A stretch of 64,000 nucleotides of DNA from Candidatus Enterousia sp. (GTDB lineage: Bacteria > Pseudomonadota > Alphaproteobacteria > Rs-D84). A program made the translations under genes and the position numbers. The notes under the pieces were generated by a model. That model was not told where the DNA came from. It worked only from the letters and a program-made list of their open reading frames with translations, and ran no database searches. The stretch is taken from positions 32,001-96,000 of the forward strand of contig JAZLBQ010000003.1 of the NCBI GenBank assembly GCA_045613785.1, in the 5' to 3' direction. Shown in pieces: positions 31,269 through 42,754 of the stretch. Numbering within the stretch: position 1 is the stretch's first letter; each line of letters opens with the position of its first letter.

Positions 31269-32389
31269 AAATATTTTCTTGGCAGCGGAGTTGGGCCATC
31301 TTTGTCAAAGAGTTTAAGCACATAGTGCGTGATCCTTTTACGTTGATAATGGCGTTAGTTTTACCTTTGCTGATTGTTTTGATTTTGGGAACTTCTATTG
31401 AATTTAATGTTAAATCAATCAATATGGGGGTTGTCGATACTGATAAATCAATGGCGTCTAGAAAGTTGATAGAAACTTTTGATAGTTCTGGGTATTTTAA
31501 ATCTTATGATGTAATGCAGGCCGATGACGCAATAGATGATATGGTGGATGGTCTGTCCCGTGTGGCGATTGTTGTGCCACAGAATTTTGAGCATGATTTA
31601 TTCGCACGTAATTCAGCAAATGTTCAAATATTAGTTGATGGAACAGAAAGTTCGTCAATAATGTCGGTGATGAACTGTTTGAATACGGTGAATCAAAAGG
31701 CTTATTTCAAAATAAATGATGTGCCAGCACAGGCGTTATCGCAGGGGATAACATATAAAGTGCGTTATTTGTTTAATCCAGAGTTAAATTCTCGTTGGTT
31801 TGCTGTGCCAGGATTGGCTGCTGTTATTATTGCATTGGTGGCGATAATGCTGACGGCATTGACGATATGCAGAGAGTGGGAGCGTGGCTCTATGGAGATG
31901 TTGTTGTCCACACCTGCTAGTCGGTTAGATATTATTTTGGGCAAAGTTGTGCCGTATGCAATTATTAGTTTTATTGGTTTTGTGTTGGTGTTCTTGGTCG
32001 CTAGGGTTGTTTTTAATGTTCCGTTTGTTGGTTCTTGTTGGCAAATGGTTTTTGGTAGTTGGTTGTTTATCTTGGGATACTTGGCAATTGGATTGTTGAT
32101 ATCTGTTTCAACTAAAAAACAAGAGGTCGCAATTCAATATGCTGCGATAATTGGTTTGCTGCCAACCGTAATTTTGTCGGGGTTTGTTTTCCCAATAGAG
32201 TATATGAATTCGGGATATCGATATGTGTCGGCCTTGTTTCCTGCTAGGTTTTATATGGATATAACTCGTGATCAATTTTTGAAGGGTAGTTTGTTTGTTG
32301 ATATTTGGTGGTTGTATGCAGTGTTAGCATTGCAGGCGTTTGTTGTTTTAATTCTTTGTGTTTTTAGATTCAAAAGGTCGCTGGAATGA
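31265..32389 (+). CDS. ABC-2 permease (YbhS-like)
   Basis: KEFKHIVRD, FNPEL, REWERGSME, multiple TMs. Confidence 0.9.
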   Translation: MKIFSWQRSWAIFVKEFKHIVRDPFTLIMALVLPLLIVLILGTSIEFNVKSINMGVVDTDKSMASRKLIETFDSSGYFKSYDVMQADDAIDDMVDGLSRVAIVVPQNFEHDLFARNSANVQILVDGTESSSIMSVMNCLNTVNQKAYFKINDVPAQALSQGITYKVRYLFNPELNSRWFAVPGLAAVIIALVAIMLTALTICREWERGSMEMLLSTPASRLDIILGKVVPYAIISFIGFVLVFLVARVVFNVPFVGSCWQMVFGSWLFILGYLAIGLLISVSTKKQEVAIQYAAIIGLLPTVILSGFVFPIEYMNSGYRYVSALFPARFYMDITRDQFLKGSLFVDIWWLYAVLALQAFVVLILCVFRFKRSLE

Positions 32390-33486
32390 AATGGAAGGTT
32401 TTGCGTGGCTTTTTTAAGAAGGAAATTGTTGCCTTGATACGGGATCCTGTTCTGACTGTGGCGATTTTGATTATGCCAGTGGTTCAGATGGTGCTGTTGG
32501 CTGGTGCAATCACATTTCAGGCAAATAATTTGCGATTGGTAATGAAAAGTGCACCTAATGATGTTGTTGCAGAGCGTATTTATAATCGTGCAATTGGTTC
32601 AGGTTTTTTTGTCGATGCAGCTGCAGATGAAAATAAAAATCCTGTAGATCTAGTTCAGGTCGGGGTGGCAGATGTTGCAATTGTTGTCCCAGAAGGCGGT
32701 TTGACACGCAGTTTAGTTCGTGGTAATGCAGAAATTCAAATCTTGATAGATTCTATGAATATATTAAAAGCACATAGCATAGAGGCTTATTTGCGGTCGA
32801 TTATATCGATGGTTTTGTTGGATTTGTCGGATGTTGTGCTTGAAAGACCGATTGGATTTAATGTGCGTGTGCTGTTTAATCCGCAGTTGAATACAAAGTT
32901 TTTTATGGTGCCATCTATGGTGGCAATCTTGGTGTTTTTGTCGCTGTTGATTTTGATATCCGTTTCAATTGCTAAGGAAAAAGAAACTGGAACAATAGAA
33001 ACGCTGATTTCTGCCCCAGTATCAAAGTATGATATTGTGGCAGGTAAAGTGCTGCCTTTTGTTGTCGTGTCGTTTGTTGTTATGTTGTTGATGGTTGTTG
33101 TGGGGTGGTGGGTGTTTCGTATTCCGTTTGTTGGTTCTCAATTTATGTTTTTGTTAGCATTCTTGGCTTTTTGTGTTCCTGCATGTGCTGTTGGAGTCTG
33201 GTTAGCGACTTGGACAAAAACTCAACAACAGGCAATGTTGGGGTTGATTATTGTGGCTTTTGTATCGCTGATGCTGTCGGGGGCGATTATTTCAGTGGAA
33301 AATATGCCTGTTGTATTGCGTTGGATAAGTTATATAAATCCATTAAGTCATTATGCGTATCTGGTGCGAAATATAATGTTAAAGGGACCTGATTGGATTT
33401 ATTTTGCTAAACACGCAGGGGTTATGTTTGGGGTTGGTGTTGTGATTTGGGGAATCGCATTGCGACGCTTTAAGACAACAATCTAG
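32386..33486 (+). CDS. ABC-2 permease (YbhR-like)
   Basis: KEIVALIRDP, FNPQL, KEKETGTIE, multiple TMs. Confidence 0.9.
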   Translation: MKWKVLRGFFKKEIVALIRDPVLTVAILIMPVVQMVLLAGAITFQANNLRLVMKSAPNDVVAERIYNRAIGSGFFVDAAADENKNPVDLVQVGVADVAIVVPEGGLTRSLVRGNAEIQILIDSMNILKAHSIEAYLRSIISMVLLDLSDVVLERPIGFNVRVLFNPQLNTKFFMVPSMVAILVFLSLLILISVSIAKEKETGTIETLISAPVSKYDIVAGKVLPFVVVSFVVMLLMVVVGWWVFRIPFVGSQFMFLLAFLAFCVPACAVGVWLATWTKTQQQAMLGLIIVAFVSLMLSGAIISVENMPVVLRWISYINPLSHYAYLVRNIMLKGPDWIYFAKHAGVMFGVGVVIWGIALRRFKTTI

Positions 33487-33502
33487 AAAAAAGGGGTGAA
33501 GA

Positions 33503-34774
33503 GTGATGAGAATAATGTTTTTTACTTTGTTGCTGTGGTTTGTTGCTGTGCCTGGAAGGGCAGATGTTTATATGGCCTTGCGGGCAGTCTATGAAGATAA
33601 TCCAGTAATTGCCCAGGAACGAGAAAAGGTAAATGCTGCAATGGCTCAACTGGATTTGGCAAAAACAAATTTGCGGCCATATTTGGGATTGGCAGGTAAT
33701 GTCGGGGTGGCTCATACAGATGTGTTGGGGTATTCGTTTGGATATGCTCCGATGGAATATGGGGTGGAATTTCAGCAAAATGTATTTCAGGGTGGGGCAA
33801 TGTTTGCACAAATAAGGGCAGCAGATGCTATGTTGGCGGCGGCAAATGCAAATCTGTATGCGGTTCAGCAAGAAGTTTTTTTAGATGCGATAAATGCATA
33901 TATAGAGGTTTTGAATGCTAAGGCGGTTCTAGATTTAAACGAAAATAATAATCGAGTGTTGGCACAATACTATGATTTTGTAAAAGATGGGCAAGTTGTT
34001 GGACGCTTGACTAAGACAGATGTGTCGCAGGCGGCAGCACGATTGGAAATGGCACGCTATCATTTGACAGATGCTAATGCACAATATGATAACGCAACTG
34101 AAAGATTTTTTAGAATTTGTGGATATAAGGAAAACAATTATAAAAAAATCGACGTTGATGTCGTTCGGGACTTGTTTCCAGATACGGTTGATGTAGCCCA
34201 GGATTACGCATTGCGATTTCATCCTGTTTTGATTGCACTGGCAGAACAAGAAACGGCAGTAAAAGAAAGCAAGACGGTTGCACGCAGTTCTATGATGCCG
34301 TCAATTGATGTGCGTGGTGCAGTAAGTCGAATTGATAACGTTCCGTTCCTGGATGACATTACAGATAGTCGGGTTGGTGTTTATTTAAAAGTGCCATTGT
34401 ATGACAAGGGGAATGCGCTGGCAAATACTTTAAAAGTGCGGGCAAGTGTTGCAAATGTTCAGGAACAGACTGTAAATGCCCGTCGGGTCATAGTTGAAAA
34501 TTTACGTAGTGCGTGGAATATGTATCAGGCACAAAAATCGGCTATTGATGCGACGGCGGCCAGTGTTCGTGCAAATGAATTGGCGTTGTCTGGAATTCAG
34601 GACGAGCAACGTCGTGGACGAAGAACTGTGCTGGATGTGTTGAATGCAGAACAAGAACTATTAAATTCACGTGTGGCACATACTCGGGCTAAATACGCAC
34701 AGGTGTCAGCGTTCTTTGCTGTTTTGGCGGCGATGGGAAAGTTGAGCCCAGAAAATTTGGGAATCGATGAATAA
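33503..34774 (+). CDS. TolC family outer-membrane protein
   Basis: Signal peptide, two OEP repeats, GRRTVLDVLNAEQEL. Confidence 0.9.
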   Translation: MMRIMFFTLLLWFVAVPGRADVYMALRAVYEDNPVIAQEREKVNAAMAQLDLAKTNLRPYLGLAGNVGVAHTDVLGYSFGYAPMEYGVEFQQNVFQGGAMFAQIRAADAMLAAANANLYAVQQEVFLDAINAYIEVLNAKAVLDLNENNNRVLAQYYDFVKDGQVVGRLTKTDVSQAAARLEMARYHLTDANAQYDNATERFFRICGYKENNYKKIDVDVVRDLFPDTVDVAQDYALRFHPVLIALAEQETAVKESKTVARSSMMPSIDVRGAVSRIDNVPFLDDITDSRVGVYLKVPLYDKGNALANTLKVRASVANVQEQTVNARRVIVENLRSAWNMYQAQKSAIDATAASVRANELALSGIQDEQRRGRRTVLDVLNAEQELLNSRVAHTRAKYAQVSAFFAVLAAMGKLSPENLGIDE

Positions 34775-34835
34775 AAGCTGTTTTGTGTTGTTCGGGCTTG
34801 ATATTTTTTATTTTTAGTGTAAAATAGACGGCGTT

Positions 34836-34912
34836 GCGCCCTTAGCTCAGCTGGATAGAGCATCAGATTTCTAATCTGCAGGTCACAGGTTCGAATCCTG
34901 TAGGGCGTGCCA
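34836..34912 (+). tRNA. tRNA-Arg (TCT)
   Basis: GCGCCCTTAGCTCAGCTGGATAGAGCA-TCAGA-TTTCTAA-TCTGC…GGTTCGAATCC…GGGCGTGCCA; followed by hairpin terminator 34914-34949. Confidence 0.95.
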
Positions 34913-34988
34913 GAATTAAAACCGTCCGTCAGGACGGTTTAATTTTTTTATTGTTTTGAGAAGGCTTTTTTTGTGATATTATTAAAAG

Positions 34989-35576
34989 ATGTTTGTGGGA
35001 TTGGTTATCTTAGTTTTTGCTTTAATCGGGCTGGAATTTTATTTGATTTTCCGCTTGGTTGAACATTGGTGGTGTTTAATTATAAAAAAACAAATTCCAT
35101 ATATGGCTAGTGATAAAAAATTAAGGCGTGCAGTCGCAAGTTATATTCAAACATATTGCCCAAATGCAAAGTCAGTATGTGAAATAGGTGCCGGGTATGG
35201 TTGGTTGGCACGATACGTTGGACGGTGTTGTAATATACCGGTAGTGGCGTTGGAAAATATGCCGTTTACGTTCTTTTTGGCAAAGTTATTTCAAATTTTT
35301 CCAGGTGGACGATGGGTGTCGTGGGTGCGGTGTGATGCGTTCGATTATCTGAAAAATTATAAGAAAAAGTTTGATGTCGGAATTGCTTATTTGGGGCCGG
35401 TGGTAAATGACAGGTTGGTTGATGTCTTGGACAAGTTCGGAGTTCTGATTGTTTTAGATGTTCCTATTACTGGTAAAAAGCCTTTTCAAGTAGTTGATTT
35501 GGGGGCTGGCTGCACACGATATGGTCGGTTAAAGTTTCCGCATAAGTTGTTTGTTTATAAAAAAATAATTTCTTGA
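34989..35576 (+). CDS. Membrane-anchored class I SAM-dependent methyltransferase
   Basis: N-terminal TM, PYMAS, VCEIGAGYG, ALEN, AYL. Confidence 0.7.
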   Translation: MFVGLVILVFALIGLEFYLIFRLVEHWWCLIIKKQIPYMASDKKLRRAVASYIQTYCPNAKSVCEIGAGYGWLARYVGRCCNIPVVALENMPFTFFLAKLFQIFPGGRWVSWVRCDAFDYLKNYKKKFDVGIAYLGPVVNDRLVDVLDKFGVLIVLDVPITGKKPFQVVDLGAGCTRYGRLKFPHKLFVYKKIIS

Positions 35577-35663
35577 TTATGTTGCTGAATTTTTTAGGCA
35601 ATCCTTCCTGTTGGGGTGGTTAGCTGTTTGTGATACAGTTTTCACAAAAGGAGAGAGAAAGTT

Positions 35664-36137
35664 ATGAAAAAATTTTGGTTATTTGTTTGGGCGATTTTTA
35701 TTTCGTTTATTCCAGGAATTGTTGGGGTGGCTTTCACGCCTAGCCACAGTAATGATATTTGGTATAATTCGCTAAATAATTCAGCACTGACCCCAGATGG
35801 TTGGGTCTTTGGTGTGGCGTGGACGATTTTATATACTTTGTTAGGTATTGCGTTGTTCTTGGTTATGAATAATGCACGCTCTAAGCAGAATAAGTCAAAG
35901 GCATATATTTTGTTCGCTGCACAGATGGGATTGAATCTGTTGTGGACTTATTTGTTCTTTGGCTTGAACTTTATTGGTGCGGCGTTGTTGTGTTTGGTCG
36001 CTTTGATTGTCATTTCTATTTGGATGGCAAATGTTTTCAAAACAATCAGTCGGCCAGCGTATTATTTAATATGGCCATATGTTGCGTGGTTGTTATTTGC
36101 ATTGTATTTGAACGGAACCATTATGGTGTTGAATTAA
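35664..36137 (+). CDS. tspO: TspO/MBR family membrane protein
   Basis: WYNSL…TPDGWVFGVAWTILY, LNLLWTYLFFG, PYVAWLLFALYLN. Confidence 0.9.
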   Translation: MKKFWLFVWAIFISFIPGIVGVAFTPSHSNDIWYNSLNNSALTPDGWVFGVAWTILYTLLGIALFLVMNNARSKQNKSKAYILFAAQMGLNLLWTYLFFGLNFIGAALLCLVALIVISIWMANVFKTISRPAYYLIWPYVAWLLFALYLNGTIMVLN

Positions 36138-36159
36138 AAAAAATCCCCCGATCGGGGGA

Positions 36160-36486
36160 TTAAATTTTTAAGATTTTTGTTTTAGGACCGCCTACGTTTA
36201 GGTATTTAAGCCCCAGTTCTTCGACGTAATCTGGACTGTAATTTTGCAACAGGCGTATGTGACTATTTAGTTCGTCTAAGGTCTTTTGTTCCATTGCCAG
36301 TTGCTTGGAATCTTGGGATGCGTTCCAGATGTTTAAGCCAAAACGCTGTAAACTTACGTCGCCCCAGAACATTCCAATAAACATAAATATTGCAAACAGG
36401 GCAAAAAATACGCCCAGTTTCCCACGGGTGCTGCCTGACCAGGCCCGGCCAAGAAAGCTAAATAAATTTTTGATTTTTCCTTTCAT
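36160..36486 (-). CDS. Septum formation initiator (FtsB/DivIC-like)
   Basis: TM, then WGDVSL, coiled coil, SPDYVEELGLKYLN. Confidence 0.65.
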   Translation of the reverse strand: MKGKIKNLFSFLGRAWSGSTRGKLGVFFALFAIFMFIGMFWGDVSLQRFGLNIWNASQDSKQLAMEQKTLDELNSHIRLLQNYSPDYVEELGLKYLNVGGPKTKILKI

Positions 36487-36505
36487 AGGTGGCATTATAT
36501 CATAA

Positions 36506-37417
36506 ATGTTTACCAAGAATCAAATTTTTGCTGCACCGCTTGCTGGGATTACTGATCTGCCGTTTCGTCGGACGGTGCGAATGTTCTCGCCAGACGCACC
36601 AATGGTGACCGAGATGATTTCTTGTCATTCGTTGGTTGGTGGGCATAAGAACTGTTTACGTAATTTCGATAATTATGTCCAGGAAGGTAATGTTGGAGCT
36701 CAGATATTTGGGGCTGATGTTGCATTGATGGCAGATGCTGCACGGATTTTGCAAGATGCAGGTGCAAAGTGGATTGATATAAATATGGGGTGTCCTGTGC
36801 CAAAGGTTGCAACCAGGGCGGGAGCAGGGGCACACTTGATGCAGGACCATAAGTTAGCCGCCAAGATTATGACGGCTGTCGTTGGGGCAGTGCAGATTCC
36901 TGTATCGATAAAAACACGATTAGGTTGGGATAATGAACATCAAGACTGGGCAACGCTGATTGATATTGCAGCGGATTGTGGTGTGCAGTTTGCCGCATTG
37001 CACGGACGCACTCGGGCACAGTTATATTTGGGAAATGCTGTGCATCCTGATGTGTCAAAATGCAAAATACCTGTAATTGCAAATGGTGATATAAAGACTG
37101 CTGATGATCTGTTAGGACTTGATGAGTTAGGTTATGCAGGGGTGATGATTGGTCGTGGTTTGCTGGGGCGGCCGTGGGCACTAGAACAGATTTTAGGGCA
37201 CAAACCGCCAGAAAATGTTGGCGAAATTGCTTTGCAACATTTGGAATATGCAATCGAATACTATGGGGAAAAAACGGCCATTCCAATGTTTAGAAAACAT
37301 GCTGCGTGGTATAGTGCAGGTATGCATAATTCGTCTGAATTTAGAATTAAAGTCAATGGAATTGATAGGGCCGATGTCTTAAAGGTTGCAATTCAAGAAT
37401 TTTGGGGTATGATTTAG
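36506..37417 (+). CDS. dusB: tRNA-dihydrouridine synthase
   Basis: APLAGITDLPFR, DINMGCP, HGRTRAQ, ANGDI, MIGRG, RKHAAWY. Confidence 0.92.
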   Translation: MFTKNQIFAAPLAGITDLPFRRTVRMFSPDAPMVTEMISCHSLVGGHKNCLRNFDNYVQEGNVGAQIFGADVALMADAARILQDAGAKWIDINMGCPVPKVATRAGAGAHLMQDHKLAAKIMTAVVGAVQIPVSIKTRLGWDNEHQDWATLIDIAADCGVQFAALHGRTRAQLYLGNAVHPDVSKCKIPVIANGDIKTADDLLGLDELGYAGVMIGRGLLGRPWALEQILGHKPPENVGEIALQHLEYAIEYYGEKTAIPMFRKHAAWYSAGMHNSSEFRIKVNGIDRADVLKVAIQEFWGMI

Positions 37418-37450
37418 AGAACGTTTAATACACTTAGGGGATTGTGAAAT

Positions 37451-38299
37451 ATGACAGAAAATATCGAAAATGTTGACGTTGTTGTTGAGACACCTGTGGA
37501 ACTGACCGCAGGAGAAATACTGCGTAATGCACGAACAACAGGACGTCGTAAACGTGAAATTCCAACAATTTCAAAACAGTTGTGTATCCGTGAAGAATTC
37601 TTGGAAGCGTTGGAAAATGGTGATTACAAGGTTATTCCAGAACCTGTTTATATTTTGGGATTTGCACGCAATTATGCAATGGAATTGGGGTTGAATCCGG
37701 ACGAAATCGTCGCAAAAATTAAAAAAGAAATGGGTTTGGTCGCAGATTGTTCGTCAGATGACGATGACGTGTCGGCTTGTGCAATGCCAAGTATCAAAGA
37801 AGAAAGTTGGGTGAAAATTGCTTTTGGTAAGATTTACCAATTTATTTATCAAAATTGGATTTGGTTTGCTGGTGCGTTGTTGGCAATCGGATTGATTGTG
37901 TTCGCAATCATTATGTTAAAGCCAAGTGCAGAAGAAGTTGCAGTGCCAGAGACACCTGTGGTGGTAGAATCTGTGATGGCCGAGGCAGAATATAAGTTGC
38001 CTGTGCGTGAACGATTCGGTTTGGATAATCGTGAAAAGGCAGACGTTGTTTTGCAGGCTATTCAGGAATCGTGGGTAAAGATTGAAGATGGTCGTGGAAA
38101 CACTGTGTTTAGTCGTGTTTTAGTTCCAGGTGATTTGTATTATGTGCCGGTCGGAAATAAGTATAAAGCGACATTTGGAAATGCTGGCGGTATAGATATT
38201 TGGGTAAATGGTGAATTAGCACCAGATGCAGGCCCAGACCATACAAGAAAAGCAGGAATTTCGTTGGCACCTGATAGTTTAATGGGAAGTAAAAAATAA
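37451..38299 (+). CDS. rodZ: Cell-shape protein RodZ (HTH, TM, DUF4115)
   Basis: GEILRNAR…LEALENGDY…[10 protein letters not shown], one TM, SWVKIED…GNAGGI. Confidence 0.85.
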   Translation: MTENIENVDVVVETPVELTAGEILRNARTTGRRKREIPTISKQLCIREEFLEALENGDYKVIPEPVYILGFARNYAMELGLNPDEIVAKIKKEMGLVADCSSDDDDVSACAMPSIKEESWVKIAFGKIYQFIYQNWIWFAGALLAIGLIVFAIIMLKPSAEEVAVPETPVVVESVMAEAEYKLPVRERFGLDNREKADVVLQAIQESWVKIEDGRGNTVFSRVLVPGDLYYVPVGNKYKATFGNAGGIDIWVNGELAPDAGPDHTRKAGISLAPDSLMGSKK

Positions 38300-38372
38300 A
38301 AAGGTAAGGGCGAAAGGAATTTTCGCCCTTTGTATTGAATTTTTTTTCTTGTAAACTATATATTGTAATACT

Positions 38373-41207
38373 ATGGCTAATGTAATTAAAATTCGCGGTG
38401 CACGTGAAAATAATCTTAAGAATATTGATTTAGATCTGCCAAAAAATAAATTGGTGGTGTTTACTGGCGTATCTGGATCGGGAAAATCGTCGTTGGCTTT
38501 TAATACTATTTATGCCGAAGGACAGCGTAGATATGTTGAATCGCTGTCTAGTTATGCACGTCAGTTCTTGGATATGCAAAAAAAACCAGATGTTGATTTA
38601 ATTGAAGGATTGGCACCTGCAATTTCAATCGAACAAAAAACAACATCAAAAAATCCTCGTTCAACAGTCGGAACAGTTACAGAAATTTATGATTATTTGC
38701 GTTTGTTGTGGGCAAGAATCGGAGTGCCTCATTCGCCAGTTACAGGTTTGCCTATTAAATCTCAGACTATTGCAGAAATGGTCGAGTGGACAATGAAAAT
38801 TCCGTCAGGGGTCAAGATTTTCATCTTGGCACCGTTGGTTCGTGAACGCAAAGGCGAATACAGAAAAGAATTGGCTTTCTTGGTAAAGCAAGGGTATCAG
38901 CGTGCAATTATTGATGGCGAATTGGTTGATTTGTCCGCTGTTCAGCCATTGGATAAAAATAAAAAACACAATATATTTGTTGTTGTTGATAGATTGCAAA
39001 TGCCGGCTGATGGTGCAGATGTAGAAGATTTTAGAAGTCGCTTGTATTCTTCGTTTGAAGGTTCGTTGCGATTGGTGCCAGGGGCTGTTTTGGTGCGTCG
39101 ATTGGATACAAACGAAGATACGTTATATTCGCAAAGTTATGCCTGTCCGGTTAGTGGATTTACAGTGCCTAAAATCGAACCTAGATTATTTTCTTTTAAT
39201 GCACCAATGGGGGCGTGTCAAAATTGTGATGGCCTAGGTGTGCAGTTGAATATGTCGCCTGATTTGGTCGTGCCAGATCCATCAAAATCAATTCTGGGTG
39301 GTGCGATTGCACCTTGGTCACGTGGTGGTATGCTAAGTCAGTTCGAAAACTTGTTAGAAGCGTTGCATAAAAAGTTCAAAATCCCATTATCGAAGCCGTG
39401 GTATGCGTTGACCGAAGAACAGAAGAATCTGGTCTTGTATGGCAGTGGTGATGAGCCAATAAAAATAAACTGGAACGGATTTGTCTATGAAAAACCATAC
39501 GAAGGCGTTATCCCAAATATTGAACGACGCTGGCGTGAGTCTGAATCAGAGGCGATGCGTAATGAACTGGCAAAGTATCAGTCTGAAAAGCCGTGCCCAG
39601 TTTGTCATGGAAAACGACTGAATATTCACGCACTGTGTGTGAAAATAAATAACGCAGACATTATGGATGTGTGTGAATTGTCTGTTGATGACTGTTTGGA
39701 ATGGTTTAGAGATTTGCCAAATCATTTAACGCAAAAAGAAAATGATATTGCACGGATTGTCTTGCGTGAGATTACAGATAGATTGTATTTCTTGCAAAAT
39801 GTGGGGTTGGGGTATTTGACTTTATCTCGTATGGCAGGAACATTGTCGGGTGGCGAAGCACAGCGTATCCGTTTGGCGTCGCAAATTGGTAGTGGCTTGT
39901 CGGGGGTATTGTATGTCTTGGATGAACCGTCAATCGGATTGCATCAGGCAGATAATGACAAGTTGTTAGAAACATTGAAAATGCTGCGAGATAAGGACAA
40001 TACTGTTATTGTTGTAGAACATGACGAAGATGCAATGCGTGCGGCTGATTATTTGGTGGATATTGGACGTGGTGCAGGTGTAAACGGTGGAAATGTTATA
40101 GCAGCAGGAACTCCGGCTAGCGTTATAAAAAATAAAAATTCAATTACAGGGCAGTATTTGTCTGGTGCAAGAAAGATTCCTGTGCCGGCAAAGCGTCGTG
40201 AAGGTAATGGTAAGGTTATTAGTGTCATTGGGGCGCGTGAAAATAATTTGAAAAATGTGTCAGTTGATTTTCCGCTTGGAAAATTCGTGGCTTTGACCGG
40301 AGTGTCAGGGTCTGGAAAATCGACGTTGTTGTTAAATACTTTATATCCTGCATTGATGCGTGCGTTGTATAATTCAAAGCTGGAAGCAGGGGCACACGAT
40401 ATTATCAAGGGGATGGAAAGCGTTGACAAGGTTGTTGATATTGATCAGTCGCCTATTGGACGAACCCCACGTAGTAATCCTGCGACTTATACTGGTGTGT
40501 TCAGTGATATTCGTGATTTCTTTGCTGCATTGCCAGAGGCTAAGGCTCGTGGATATACATCAGGGCGATTCTCGTTTAACGTCAAGGGCGGACGCTGTGA
40601 GGCCTGCCAGGGTGATGGGCAGATAAAGATTGAAATGAACTTCTTGGCAGATGTATATGTTGAATGCGATTGCTGTCATGGAACACGATATAACGAAGAA
40701 ACGTTGGCGGTTAAATACAAGGGAAAATCAATCGCTGATGTTCTAAATATGACGGTTGCAGAAGCATATAGATTCTTTGTAAATGTTCCAAAAATCGCAC
40801 GTAAGTTAGAATTGTTAAGACGTGTTGGGTTGGATTATATCAAGTTAGGGCAAAGTTCGCTGGATTTGTCCGGAGGTGAGGCACAGCGTATAAAACTGTC
40901 CAAAGAATTGGCAGCACGTAGCACAGGTCAGACAATTTATATCTTGGACGAACCAACAACAGGATTGCATTTTGAAGATATAAAGATGTTGCTGTCTGTT
41001 CTGCACGAGCTGGTAGAACAGGGAAATACAGTGATTGTGATTGAACATAATCTGGAGGTCATTAAAACCGCAGACTGGATTATAGATTTAGGACCAAATG
41101 GTGGTGCAGGTGGTGGAAATATTATCGCTACAGGAACACCAGAAATGGTTGCAAGTGTGCCAGAATCAAAAACAGGAAAATATTTAAAGAAGTATCTGGA
41201 CAAATAA
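38373..41207 (+). CDS. uvrA: Excinuclease ABC subunit A
   Basis: GARENNLKN, two GVSGSGKS motifs, LSGGEAQRI twice, zinc fingers. Confidence 0.98.
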   Translation: MANVIKIRGARENNLKNIDLDLPKNKLVVFTGVSGSGKSSLAFNTIYAEGQRRYVESLSSYARQFLDMQKKPDVDLIEGLAPAISIEQKTTSKNPRSTVGTVTEIYDYLRLLWARIGVPHSPVTGLPIKSQTIAEMVEWTMKIPSGVKIFILAPLVRERKGEYRKELAFLVKQGYQRAIIDGELVDLSAVQPLDKNKKHNIFVVVDRLQMPADGADVEDFRSRLYSSFEGSLRLVPGAVLVRRLDTNEDTLYSQSYACPVSGFTVPKIEPRLFSFNAPMGACQNCDGLGVQLNMSPDLVVPDPSKSILGGAIAPWSRGGMLSQFENLLEALHKKFKIPLSKPWYALTEEQKNLVLYGSGDEPIKINWNGFVYEKPYEGVIPNIERRWRESESEAMRNELAKYQSEKPCPVCHGKRLNIHALCVKINNADIMDVCELSVDDCLEWFRDLPNHLTQKENDIARIVLREITDRLYFLQNVGLGYLTLSRMAGTLSGGEAQRIRLASQIGSGLSGVLYVLDEPSIGLHQADNDKLLETLKMLRDKDNTVIVVEHDEDAMRAADYLVDIGRGAGVNGGNVIAAGTPASVIKNKNSITGQYLSGARKIPVPAKRREGNGKVISVIGARENNLKNVSVDFPLGKFVALTGVSGSGKSTLLLNTLYPALMRALYNSKLEAGAHDIIKGMESVDKVVDIDQSPIGRTPRSNPATYTGVFSDIRDFFAALPEAKARGYTSGRFSFNVKGGRCEACQGDGQIKIEMNFLADVYVECDCCHGTRYNEETLAVKYKGKSIADVLNMTVAEAYRFFVNVPKIARKLELLRRVGLDYIKLGQSSLDLSGGEAQRIKLSKELAARSTGQTIYILDEPTTGLHFEDIKMLLSVLHELVEQGNTVIVIEHNLEVIKTADWIIDLGPNGGAGGGNIIATGTPEMVASVPESKTGKYLKKYLDK

Positions 41208-41246
41208 AGAAAAGCAAATAAAATAAAAGGGCAAAAAGGAGTAAGT

Positions 41247-41777
41247 ATGTTCGGTTTTGGAAAAAAGAAAGATAAAGCACAGCAGAATAATTTTACAGAG
41301 GCAGATGTCAAGGCCGCAGAAAAAGATTTGGGTGTTGATAAGATGCCTTCGGGTATGAAAGAAACTGCTCAGCGTATGATGAGTGGACAGTTTGATATGA
41401 ACGATATGTTGGCACAGTTAAAGCAGATTAAAAAAATGAGTAATTTTAGCGGTCTGTTAAAGATGGTGCCGGGTATGAGCGGTGCTGTATCTGCGATGAA
41501 AGAAAAAATCAAAGACGGTAGTGTTGATGCACAGATAAAAATACTGGAAGCAATGACACCTGCAGAACGTGCAGAACCAGAAAAGATTTTTGCAAATGCC
41601 AAGGCACGTATTGCAGAAACTGCAAAATGCACTGTGCGTGAAGTAGAACATTTGATAAAGCAATATACAAAAATGAAACAACAAATGGCTATGATTCAGC
41701 GTATGGGGGGTATGGAAGCGGTTATGGCTAAAATGCAAAATGGTGGAATGCCAGGTGTTAAACCACAAGGAAACTAG
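41247..41777 (+). CDS. Stand-alone SRP54/Ffh M-domain protein
   Basis: FDMNDMLAQLKQIKKM…LLKMVPGM…MTPAERAEPE…RIA…EVEHLIKQY, Met-rich tail; no NG GTPase domain. Confidence 0.75.
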   Translation: MFGFGKKKDKAQQNNFTEADVKAAEKDLGVDKMPSGMKETAQRMMSGQFDMNDMLAQLKQIKKMSNFSGLLKMVPGMSGAVSAMKEKIKDGSVDAQIKILEAMTPAERAEPEKIFANAKARIAETAKCTVREVEHLIKQYTKMKQQMAMIQRMGGMEAVMAKMQNGGMPGVKPQGN

Positions 41778-41792
41778 TAAAGCAGAGGTAAG

Positions 41793-42047
41793 ATGAAAAT
41801 AACCCAGGTCGTAGAACGTATCTTGGATGTAAAAAGCGAGATGAAACCACTGTGGCAATATGGTGGCAGAGCGGTCTGTGTTTATACTGTTAAAACTGAT
41901 GGGGTGCCAGGGCATAATGTTTATGAATTGCCAGCCCATCGGTTTGATGGAACGCCAAGTCCAGGGAGTTATATGAAATATGTCGCTGACGAACAGGCGT
42001 TGAATCATTCGTTCGGTATTTATTGGCGGATTCAAAAAGAAAGATAG
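41793..42047 (+). CDS. Hypothetical protein
   Basis: GAGG RBS; fills the gap in a co-directional operon. Confidence 0.6.
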   Translation: MKITQVVERILDVKSEMKPLWQYGGRAVCVYTVKTDGVPGHNVYELPAHRFDGTPSPGSYMKYVADEQALNHSFGIYWRIQKER

Positions 42048-42053
42048 ATAAAT

Positions 42054-42713
42054 ATGAAGATTACAAATAAAAAAATTGCCAGTAAAAAATCTTCGGTCGC
42101 TTGGCTGCAACGTCAGGCGACAGATCCATATGTCGCACGTGCACATAAAGATGGCTATCGTGCAAGGGCGGCGTATAAATTGATAGAAATGGACGAAAAA
42201 TTTAAGTTTTTGCGTAATGGACAGGTTGTTGTTGATTTAGGGGCAGCACCCGGTTCGTGGTCGCAATATATTGCACGAACATATCCAAAGTCCAAGGTTT
42301 TTGCGATGGATTTGTTGGAAATTTCTCCGATTGTTGGTGTTGAAACTTATCAAGGTGATTTCACGTCAGATGAAGCTTTGCACTGGTTAGAGGATAAGTT
42401 AGGTTTGCAGCCTGATGAAATCGGGGCAGGGACGGCAGATGTGATTGTGTCTGATATGGCACCAAATACGGTTGGACATAAAAAGACAGATCATATTCGT
42501 CAGATGGTTTTGTTAGAGTATGCTTTTGATTTTGCGTTGCGTGCATTAAAACCAGGTGGAACATTTGTGTGCAAATCTTTTACAGGTGGAACAACACAGG
42601 ATTTGTTAAAGCAAATCAAAGAACGGTTTGAGTCCGTTCATCATATTAAACCGCCTTCTTCACGCAAGGATAGTGTGGAAATGTTTATTGTTGCAATAGG
42701 GTTTCGTGGTTAA
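42054..42713 (+). CDS. rlmE: 23S rRNA Um2552 methyltransferase RlmE
   Basis: GYRARAAYKL, DLGAAPGSW, SDMAPN, KPPSSRKDSVE. Confidence 0.95.
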   Translation: MKITNKKIASKKSSVAWLQRQATDPYVARAHKDGYRARAAYKLIEMDEKFKFLRNGQVVVDLGAAPGSWSQYIARTYPKSKVFAMDLLEISPIVGVETYQGDFTSDEALHWLEDKLGLQPDEIGAGTADVIVSDMAPNTVGHKKTDHIRQMVLLEYAFDFALRALKPGGTFVCKSFTGGTTQDLLKQIKERFESVHHIKPPSSRKDSVEMFIVAIGFRG

Positions 42714-42754
42714 AAAAACGCCAAAACGGCGTTTTTTTATTTGTTTGTTGAATG

